Shown here: positions 1-10,222 of the stretch, piece by piece
How the letters are laid out: every line of letters starts with the position of its first letter
How positions within the stretch are numbered: position 1 is the first letter of the stretch
Assembly (NCBI GenBank): GCA_964016885.1
Contig: OZ024746.1
Span: 46,004,001 to 46,068,000, forward strand
Length of the DNA stretch: 64,000 bases
Reading direction: 5' to 3'
Source of the DNA: Eledone cirrhosa
Taxonomy: Eukaryota
The notes under the pieces: model-generated
Told to the model about the DNA's origin: nothing
What the model saw: the letters and a program-made list of their open reading frames with translations, nothing else
Databases searched by the model: none
Program-made: the position numbers and the translations under genes

Positions 1-31
1 ATGGATCTCGGGAATTTTACCCGCCTCAGAT

Positions 32-125
<94 letters not shown>

Positions 126-231
126 TTTCTCATATCTTATGTTAACTATTTTCCCATTTTGACACTATAGTCGCATATATGTTATGGAATACTGTTAGCT
201 TCTCGCTACAACAATTTCTATACTTTTCATT

Positions 232-267
<36 letters not shown>

Positions 268-344
268 CCGAAGGAAATGTGGTAAGGAACCAGATGGACC
301 ATAACGCACCAAAGTACTCAATAATTAGGGTAGTAGAGTGGATA

Positions 345-455
345 ATAGGAACAAGTATGACCCCGACTGCAGAGCTCAAGCCGTTTTGACGGCTAATTCA
401 GTCCAGAATTAGCCGTCGAAATGGCTTGAGCTCTGCCGTTGGGGTCATACTTGTT

Positions 456-460
<5 letters not shown>
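345..460. repeat. Fold-back inverted repeat, 55-bp arms, 6-nt loop
   Basis: 345-399 is the reverse complement of 406-460 with 4 mismatches. It lies in an insert between (TA)n tracts. Confidence 0.9.
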
Positions 461-517
<57 letters not shown>

Positions 518-708
518 TATATATATATATACACACACACATATACACATATATATATACACACACACACACATATACACATATATATATACACACACAC
601 ATATATATATATATATACATACACACATACATATATATATATAGATGTGTGTGTGTATATATGTGTATATATTATATGTATATATATATTCACATATAAT
701 ATATACAC

Positions 709-765
<57 letters not shown>

Positions 766-768
766 ATA

Positions 769-1364
769 CAATATGTAGAAAGGATAACACACCAGAGAGA
801 GAGATAGTGCGCCATTAGTCAAACAGGGAAAAACCACCAGTGTATGGAATCTATAGCCCATGGAAGGCAAAGTAGACACACAATAATTAAAAGTATAAAT
901 CAAAGTGTAAATACATGCCTTGATAACTATCTAACACACACGTACAAATCCAACAGGATCTGTTTCACCAACTAATTTGTTGACAGAAATGATTAGCCTA
1001 TGGTTCATCAGCGTGTGTTAGGCTATACATTTCAGACAACACTAAAAGAATCTAAAGCGACCGTCCAGCCACACATTCACAGCATGCCTAGGGCAGCAAG
1101 TGAAGGAGAGCTGCTAGAAATGGCAGCCCAAACCACTCAGAGAAGTGTGCTCAACCAAACAGAGAGAGAGAAGAGACTGTTATAAGGAGCAAAATATCAG
1201 GATAAATTAACGGAGACATAGACTCTCGCTATTCCCTGTCATTAATGTGCTCAAAGGAGAAGGAATCCCGAGCCCTTTATAAATCAATATGTAGAAAGGA
1301 TAACACACCAGAGAGAGAGAGATAGTGCGCCATCAGTCAAACAGTGAAAATCCACCAGTGTATG

Positions 1365-1368
<4 letters not shown>
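769..1368 (-). mobile_element. Non-coding 516-nt unit with ~82-nt terminal direct repeat and hammerhead ribozyme (retrozyme-like or non-autonomous Penelope-like element)
   Basis: 769-850 is repeated at 1285-1368 (3 substitutions, one GA indel). (TA)n on both sides; HHR at 931-1021. Confidence 0.75.
931..1021 (-). ncRNA. Type I hammerhead ribozyme, complete core
   Basis: Minus strand reads ACACACG-CUGAUGA-[ACCA...UGGU stem II]-GAA-[ACAGAUCC UGUU GGAUUUGU stem III]-A|CGUGUGU. All core bases are canonical; predicted cleavage after GUA between 943 and 942. Confidence 0.88.
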
Positions 1369-1403
<35 letters not shown>

Positions 1404-1746
1404 TGTTAGGCTTCCATTGGTTGTGGTAATGGCTTTTCAATTTATTTAATCAAGGAAACAATCTTCTCATGAAATTAACGTGCAATAATGTTTCTTGCAC
1501 AATTATACAATGCATCACTGCAAATTGCATCCATCACCTCTTGATCATGAACTACACACCTTAACCACTAGTCGATGTGATTTTACATTTACAAATGCAA
1601 ATACACACACACACATATATATATATATATGGAGGGGGGGGTGCAATGGAGTTTAGAAGTTTATAATTTATATAATGTATTTTGTTAAGGAGACTTATCA
1701 TTCAAGCTGAATATGTTATAAGATCCAAGTATATATATTTTTTCAC

Positions 1747-1801
<55 letters not shown>

Positions 1802-2822
1802 CTCTAATAGTAGCAATGACAGTTAGAGACTACCTCTAACTGTAGTATTGACAGTAAACATATAATACTGGATATTATTAAGTCTGTTCCTGAGTTTCAT
1901 GACTTCTTTGATAGGAACTTCCTTTTAATAGACAATTTATTCACTGCCAGAAAAGTTTTTGTATATGCCCCATCCCCTTCCATACACCTCTCGCAGCCTA
2001 ACACATCATCTCTCACACACATCCTCACAGCCCCACCGTCCACACTGCAAATGTGGTTGGCATTAGGGAAGGCATCCAGCCATAAAAACCAAATTAGAAA
2101 CAGTTCTTTATGAACAAGACAAGATCAGCTGACCTGAATTATCTCAAATGAGACAACTCATTTAACCCATGCTAGTGTGAAAAAATGGACGTTAAATGGT
2201 GATGAAGATAATGATTGTGATAATCACTGTTTATACTCACTTCTTATATCATTACTAATACAGACTCAACACTGAATACTTCATTAATCTATTTTTCATC
2301 ATCCCAGAACTCTCCTCTTTCCCATGTTTTTTTTTCTGTCATTAATTTGTAATATACCAAATTTTCCCACTTATTTCTCATTTACTTAATCTTCTTACTC
2401 AGTCTAAGAGGGCCAGACAACACTATAGTTACTTTGAATTCTAGATAATAGAAATAAAAAGATTTTAAATAAGCTCTCTTATATCACGTTTTTAATTACG
2501 TAATCCAAGGATGAATGGAAAGTTCTATACCTTATGTAGGTATTGAGAGATTTTCAGTGGTTTAGAAGGCTATTGTTAAATATTCTTGTTATTAAATGAA
2601 AGTAAATAAGCAGGGCCTATGATTCTCTACTTCTTCGCAGTTATTTTATGTGAAGTGTTAATTTATTAGATATAGAGAACATATAAGATTTTTGAATTTC
2701 CAGATAACGGATTTAGCAAATTTTAAAAGATTTTTCTAGTAAATATTAGATGTGCTTAAGAAATGAGTACAAACACACTTCAATCAAACATTTGTAAACT
2801 CTCAGTTACATGCACTTTATAA

Positions 2823-2843
2823 TCTATATATTTAAATCTGAGG

Positions 2844-2881
<38 letters not shown>

Positions 2882-3315
2882 CCCTAAAACTTGAGAAATA
2901 CCAAACCGATTTTTTTCAAATGTTACATGTGTATTACTTATGTTTCAGGGAATGTTATGCACATTAAAAATTCACCTTTTTTATAGCCTAGGGTCCGCAT
3001 TAGTTGAAAAACTTCATTTTTTCAGCTTTTTAGGGCTTTTTTGAGGCGTTACGTCTAGCCGATTTTCCCGAAATTTCAAGGCATATTATGAACATAAAAA
3101 AATTCATTTTCATGATCCCCTAGGGCCCACATTAGGTGAAAACCTGCATTTTTCCTGCTTCATCAAGGAAAATCTTAAAGATTATTCAGCCATCAGAGTA
3201 TTTGGTTTATTATCTTTACATATTGTCCAGGCATGCAGTTTTTCCACGATTAGGCCTGTTGGTGACCCGCGTTCCAAAATACCTTATCCCGCGCAACGCC
3301 GGGTACCACTGCTAG
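2823..3315 (+). mobile_element. Non-autonomous Helitron-type element
   Basis: A|TC 5' end (tctatatattt), internal (TG)n, subterminal hairpin cccg-cgcaacgc-cggg, CTAG|T 3' end. Confidence 0.75.
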
Positions 3316-3336
3316 TATCTTATAATTTCCTTCCAT

Positions 3337-3690
3337 GGAGGCACATGGCTTAGTGGTTAGAACATTGGCCTTGCAATCGAAAGGTTGTGAGTTCAATTCT
3401 CAGACCGGGTAATGTGTTGTTTCCTTGAGCAAGACACTTTATTTCACATTGCTCCAGTTTACTCAGCTGTAGAAATGAGATGATAGGGACTGGGGCCCTA
3501 TCATTCCACTGCAAAGTGGTCGTGGAGGTGCCACGGCAAAAAAGCACCCAGCACTCACTGTAAATGAGGTTGGTGTTAGGAAGGGCATCCAGCTGTAGAA
3601 ATCAAGCCAGAATCAGTTCCCGTCCCACCCTTGCAAGCAGGGAAAAGTGGACGTAAAATGAAATGATGATGATGAATGATGATGATGACT
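3337..3690 (+). mobile_element. tRNA-derived SINE (CORE-like middle) with RTE-derived 3' tail
   Basis: A-box tggcttagtgg and B-box gagttcaattc; middle ccttgagcaagacactt; tail nearly identical to the LINE 3' UTR at 16143-16405; (gat)n end. Confidence 0.85.
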
Positions 3691-5294
3691 AGATTCTATA
3701 TAAACATAATATTAACGTAGCATTTAATAACTGAATGTGTAAGTCATGTGATGTAGTGGTTAGAGTGTTTGGTTCATGATAGCAAGGTCATGAGTTCAAT
3801 TCCCAGTCTGGGCAGCACATTGTGTTCTTGAACAAGAAACATTATTTCATGGTGCTCGAGTCCACTAAGATGGCAAAAGTGAGTTCTATCTGTAATTTAT
3901 GTTGTCACACATTGTATCATACTGAGTCTCCCTGAGAACTATGTTAAAGGTATATATATATATATATATATACCTAGGGATTAGTCAGTCACTTACACAT
4001 TAGTTTCTTGAGCAGGTAATTCCATTCATTGAATTAAATAGAGCATTCTTTTTGGAAAATAATGGAAGTCCAACAAGAACACTCACCAAACTTTATAGAC
4101 TGACTTATTAACCCTTTTAAATCAACCATATCCAGTCAGAATACTCGCAACTCTTTCAGTTCAAACTGGCTGTAACTGGCCACTCATACTGACATTAAGG
4201 TATTATTCTCAAAATAAATAATATCAAAATCTCACAGATTCGATATTATGTGAGATAATTGTGTCAGATAAAGTATTTGCCATGAAAATACAATAGTAAA
4301 TATAGAGTAATGTAAATTCTATACACATCAGTTTCAATTTCTTTTTACACACTGTATCACTTTCTCTTACTGATAGATATGTTTCCATGTGCAATATAAT
4401 GAAACCTATATCTATGTAGATGTCTACACAGGTAAACTTACAACTGTTAGTGTAAGTCTAATTGGATGTGTATATGTATGCATATATATTGTCATTTTAA
4501 ACATTTTGTTTATTCCTTCATTCAAACTATTCTTGCATGTTTATATGAGATTCTCAATATTTGTTGTTTAGCCATTTATAAATACATAAATTTGAGAAGC
4601 TGCTAGCGATTAACAGTCATATTATGTAAGCTTTGTTAGGCCACAAAACCATTGGTAACTAAATATGTAATATCATGTACATGAATTATAAATAAATATT
4701 AGCTCTACTACTGTGTCATTGACTTTTAGACTATACACATATATAAATATATATTTATATATATATAATTTTATTTACTAATGTGGCATACATGTTTATC
4801 TCTTCTCACCCATTTATTGTTATCGCTTACATTTTTTAACATGATATCTTACTTTCTTCCTCTTTCTTTGTTTCACTCATTTTTCATGTGCTCTATAAGG
4901 CACCAGAAATTTTCTCTAATATCACAAAATTGCATGTTTTTTTGTAGCTTGACAGCTATAATTTTATGTTTGACATTTGTCTGTTACTCCTTTCGACGAA
5001 ATTTGGCTTATGTCAGATGCTGTGACCCTGCTTGGACCAAGTGTACCGTTGGTAGGGGTCGAAACTGCCTAAGTCCATCTCAACTGCCAAGGATCTTGGA
5101 GTTATGTGCCCTTCATTTGAATATTTTTTAAAAATATTTTTATGAGGTTTCCACTTACAAAATTGTTTTTCATTTTGTTTTGTTTTCATTCGCTGTCTTT
5201 TCCTTTCTTTGTTTATTTAAAGTATATATATATATATAAGCAAAATAATGAATGAATGAAAGAGTTACAAGCCGTTAAAACGTATCATTATGTA

Positions 5295-5339
5295 GCTCTT
5301 ACACGTGTTTCACCCGGGGGTGGGGGGCTCGTCGGAGGC
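5295..5339 (-). ncRNA. Minimal type I hammerhead-like motif (CCGACGA core variant)
   Basis: Minus strand: gcct-CCGACGA-gccc..gggt-GAA-ACACGUGU (palindromic stem III)-A|agagc. Stem I is imperfect. Confidence 0.55.
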
Positions 5340-5415
5340 AGATATTAATAAAGCAAAGTCCTTACTTACAAACCCTGAGAGGGAAGAATAATATTACATC
5401 GATACGGTAATCTAT

Positions 5416-5461
<46 letters not shown>

Positions 5462-5867
5462 AACAATTGATTGACAAGATCCCAGATTTCATGTACATAT
5501 CAAGTGGAGTGGAACTTGACCATTTGTAACAAGGAACAATGTTTTTATGGTCTTTTTGTTTCTGATTTTATCTAGCAGTTGCAATTCCTGGCAGAAAGAG
5601 CAATGTGAAATAAACTGTCTTGCTCAAGGATATTACGCATCACCTGGTCTGGGAATTGAACTTGCAATCTCATGATTGCAAATTCAGTTCTCTAACCACT
5701 GAGCTATGCACAGATGTTGCATATATTCACGATATTCACTGACACTTTGAAGAACTGAATCTGAGAAATTTAAATGTTTTAGCCATGGACACAAAAATGC
5801 ACAGAGAATACAGAACATAGCTTGCTGTGGCTACAACATTTAAATCAAAGAAAAATTACTCGCTTAC

Positions 5868-6060
5868 CTTATATACATCGTAGTTGTCTATGGTCGCATC
5901 AAACATTGTATAAAGTTCATTTAAAATGTTAACAACTTCCATGGCTGTACTCATTGCTGAGATGGAAGTAAACCCTACAATATCACTGAAGTAGATTGTA
6001 ACATCGCTATAGTTTTCTGCTTCAATACGTGTTCCACATTTCAAACACTCAGCAACTGAT
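5868..6060 (-). CDS. Receptor guanylyl cyclase exon E: start of cyclase catalytic domain, SVAECLKCG...[15 protein letters not shown]...[23 protein letters not shown]
   Basis: ttgcag acceptor, GTAAGC donor; 193 nt, phase 2 to 0. Contains the class III cyclase motif [12 protein letters not shown] and ends at DVYK. The expected next exon (VETIGDAYM) was not found in 1-5867. Confidence 0.96.
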
Positions 6061-6209
6061 CTGCAAGATAATGAGAGTAGTAGAAATAAATAATTATTGT
6101 AAATAAATTATAGGCATACTACCTTTAATATCAGATTACACTTCCTATTTTGTAAAGTGTTTTTAAGGTCTATTTATCTTTTTATCTTTACTATCAGCTC
6201 TCTCTCTCT

Positions 6210-6249
<40 letters not shown>

Positions 6250-6599
6250 TATATGTGTGTGTGTGTGTGTGCATACATACATATGTTCATACATACATAG
6301 ACACACTCATTTATGCACACATATATTTTTTCCAAGTGTGATTTTTGGCACATAAGCCTGAAGAACATGCAATTTTAAAATAAAAAAAAACCATATAATT
6401 GAAGTTAATGTACACATAGCATGTTTGTACTTTTTTTCTAGTATCTCTCATAAAAATGACAGATTTATATTAAAATTGGATTTCTATTTGCATTCATATA
6501 AATATATATATATCTAGGTATGCATTACATTCTTCACATGCCTTGTATATAAGTAGTAAATGCCACATATGGGGCTGTTATATATATATATATATATAT

Positions 6600-6901
6600 T
6601 CATTTCATTTTCATTTCATTTTACATCCATTTTTCCCTGCTTGCAAGGGTGGGACGGGAACTGACTCTGGCTTGATTTCTACAGCTGGATGCTCTTCCTA
6701 ACACCAACCTCATTTACAGTGAGTGCTAGGTGCTTTTTCTTTCCGTGGCACCTCCACAACCACTTTGCAGCTGAGTAAACAGGAGCAATGTGAAATAAAG
6801 TGTCTTGCTCAAGGAAACAACACATCACCCGGTCTGAGAATTGAACTCACAACCTTTAGATTTCAAGGCCAATGCTCTAACCACTAAGCCATGTGCCTCC
6901 A
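6600..6901 (-). mobile_element. tRNA-derived SINE, same family as 3337-3690
   Basis: Reverse complement of the head, middle and tail of 3337-3690, with an internal deletion. Confidence 0.85.
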
Positions 6902-6979
6902 CTATAAATATATATATAAATATATATATATAATAGAAAACAAGGAAATTAATGACTACCTATAATATGTTTCATAAGA

Positions 6980-7365
6980 AGGGTGATGTTGATAAACATA
7001 ACTTAAAGAGATCAGAAGGTGGAAGAGTTCTAATCAGCATTGTGTTGAAATGGAGAAGAATCATCTACATAAATATGTGTCTGAAAGTAATGAGCCAATG
7101 CTTAAGGCTCTATTGAAGGAGGAGACAATAGACCAGGGAAGGTCCAAGAAAGAAATAAGAACAAAGCATAAGAACAACCTGAATGAAAAGGCCTTTCATA
7201 TCATCGTTTTAAAGAAAACTGAAAACAGACATAGAAATGGTTAAAGAAAGGGGACCTTAAGAAAGCCACAAAGGGAATGCTACTGGCTGCACAGGAGCAA
7301 ACCCTTAGAACAAAGTGGATGAAACACCATATTGACAAGGAGGAGGCTAGCCCACTCTGTCCTAC
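6980..7365 (+). mobile_element. Decayed R4/Dong-clade non-LTR retrotransposon fragment
   Basis: Translatable remnants LKRSEGGRVLISI and WLKKGDLKKATKGMLLAAQEQTLRTKWMKHHIDK match the R4-type post-RT region. Frameshifted. Confidence 0.6.
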
Positions 7366-9930
7366 CTTGCACTATTAAATCCCACCACACTTATCATAGC
7401 TCCTTAGTGAAAGTTTTCATCATCATCATTATATCCCACCCCTCTTCATGAGATCATCCCCACTCCTCTTTTCTCTTACATCATCTCTCCCCTTAAACTT
7501 ACACTCATGACATCATATTTCTTACCCATCTTTTCCTTCACATCACCACACCTAAATCCTGCTACACTTATACAGCCATAACATCATACCTATCATCCTT
7601 TATAGCCAACCACACCACCCAACCTTGTCTAATACTTTAGTATGTCCAACTTAGGACATGTCATCCCCCCCCCCCCCCCCCATAGGTTAAGAGGACTCTT
7701 CAGCCACATCATAGACACAACAATTCATGTACTGGTGTCACAAAAAATGCCCCAGAACACTTTATGAAATAATTGGCATTACGAAGAGCATCCAACTGTA
7801 GAAATCCTGCCAAGAGGATGTTTCAGTTATGTCTAACACATCACAACCTTTCTAGTGATGGGGTTATGATAAATTACACCAAGTACATTCTGTAAAGTGC
7901 TGGAATGCATGTAAGCAAAATGCAAGGCCCCAACCCATTTGAGTGACCAGTGACACTAATTAACTACTGGCTTGGTCTATGACAATCCATCCAACCCATC
8001 CCAGCAAGGAAGAACAGACATTAAATGATGATGATGATACACACACATACACACAAACACACATGTATGTATGTATTATGTATGTGTATTTGTGTGCGTG
8101 TATGTCCATCTGTCTCTGTGTGTATGTGCAAATGTGATTAGTTGTTCTGTTTTCATAAATTTCAAAGGGAATAATAAAAAATCTTGAAAGTAAAATATAA
8201 TGAAAACAATACTTCAAACTTCAGAATAACTATAATTCATTTTATAAAAGATGTGATGTGATGAATGTACAATAATTGTGTAACAAGATGATACACTGAA
8301 CCGAATGATGCATGAAATCAGAAAAATTAATAGCAAATACTATAATAAATACAGAAAGAATAATTTTTGTTAGTTGCTAAGGATGAATGATTTCCTATAA
8401 ATCTTGCAGGTAGCTATTATATTGCAAATCATTTTGTTTGCACGTAGGCTTCAACATTACAATATTAAACAGGTGCCTTTTCTTAGAAATAATGGCTTTA
8501 AATAAACTTTTCTTTTCAAATTTAGATTCACTGATTTGTAATACAACAGTTCAAAATATTGCTCCAGCATGGTGATGAATGACTGTTAATGATTAATTGC
8601 CAAACTAAAATACCTTATATTATTTTTGTATTGACACACTTCATTCATTCATCATCATTGTCATCATCATTTAGTGTCTATTTCCCTACAAGCAATGGTT
8701 GGACAGGTATACATAGACAATCTCTCTACTAAAACAGAGACATGGATTCCCAGGCAGGCCTGGATCTGTGTCTCACTGATGTACAGTCTTACATTCCATC
8801 AAGTGCACAGGGGAGGTTGCCATGTCTTTGACACAACTGAAAGGTTCTCCCAACACTTTGTTTGGCGAACTTTCTATGGCTGGATGCCGTCCTTATCACC
8901 AACCACCTTACATGTGTAGTAGGTGTGTTTATCATGTAGATCACAAACACTAGGGAGTTTGTCATGTCCTTGATACTACTGAATGGTCCACCCAACGCTT
9001 TGTTTGGCAGGCTTTCTATTGATGCTATCCCTTTCTATCATCAATCATTTTATAGCATGTACTGGGGGCATTTATCATGTAGATCTCCAACACTAGGGAG
9101 TCTGTCATGTCCTTCATGACTGAAGGGTCCTCCCAACCTAAGTTTAAATTTCGCCATGGTCTATTTCATCTATCTCAGTAGTTCACTATTTGATGTCTGT
9201 GTACTCCTGGACGTTCATAACTATAGAGATAGTTTCAAATTTTCAAGTACTTTATTATAAACATAATATATATACACCTAATATTGTGTATCCATTATCT
9301 TTTAAGTATAAACATTGCTATCACACTATAGCAATCTGTAAAACAAGTTATTGTAGTGGGCATTTGGAGGGAAATTTCATTTAAATAAAAGCTATCCCTG
9401 GGAGAGAGAATATTAGGAAACATTCATCAATCTGGTCAGTTGCATCTGTTTGGTCAATTTAATCTAACTGGTTAATTTAATTTATCAGGTTAGTTTCATC
9501 CATCTAGGGTTGATAAATAAGCAGAAAAAATATACATGTGTATATATATTCAATTTACAAAATATGAACCACTGAAAATATATTGGTCATATGAATATTA
9601 GGTTTATAATTTGTCAATCCCTTTGCCAGGCCTTGTTATCAGTGACAAAGGGGGCAAATGTATGGAAATAGTGAATCTGAATATTTGATTAGTTCTTATT
9701 TTATTAACCACAGAAATATGAAAATCAGAGTAAATAATTGCAGGATTTGACTCCAAAGCATCTCAGAGTAAAACTGAATACCATAAGATATTTTGTTGAG
9801 TGGCCTATAAATCATATAATTTTCTGTCTTTCTTAGATTAATCAATATTGGAATATGTTTTATTTCTTATGAAGAGTCATGAAAAATATGCTAGAAAACT
9901 CCCCAAGAATTATTGATTAGAACTTATATT

Positions 9931-10222
9931 TTCTTCTTCTTCACCCACTTATTCCTAGGAGGGTCATGGAGGCAGAGTCCTTAGGCAGGTTTTTGAGAAA
10001 TCTTGGGAGTACTTGTTTGTTTGCCTTGTAGACCTCGAAAAGGTATATAACCACATTCCACAGGACCTGCTGTGGAAGGATTTGCAGGAGAATAGGATCG
10101 ATGGACAGCTTTTTGTTACCCTGAATTCTTTTCATGAATGATTTAGTATTTGCGTTTGGATAAATAGTGCTATGTCGAAATCATTCAATGTAGGTTTTGG
10201 CCTCTGCCATGGGTATGTACTG
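9931..10222. mobile_element. RTE-type LINE remnant with inversion (3' tail on minus strand, RT piece on plus strand)
   Basis: 9931-9985 is the reverse complement of the (GAA)n tail seen at 59975-60035. 9987-10222 encodes QVFEKSWEY..LVDLEKVYNHIP..SFNVGFGLCHG. Confidence 0.65.

Noticed and set aside
393-903. YI/CV-rich ORFs (also 38406-38663, 47477-47847, 56699-57280, 58041-58256)
   Set aside because: They are translations of (TA)n/(TG)n microsatellites, which lack stops in some frames.
1000-1185. 61-aa ORF inside the HHR element
   Set aside because: Antisense to the ribozyme strand, no recognisable motif, and short enough to occur by chance.
3337-3410. tRNA gene
   Set aside because: The A/B boxes belong to a SINE head; there is no complete cloverleaf and it continues into SINE body and tail.
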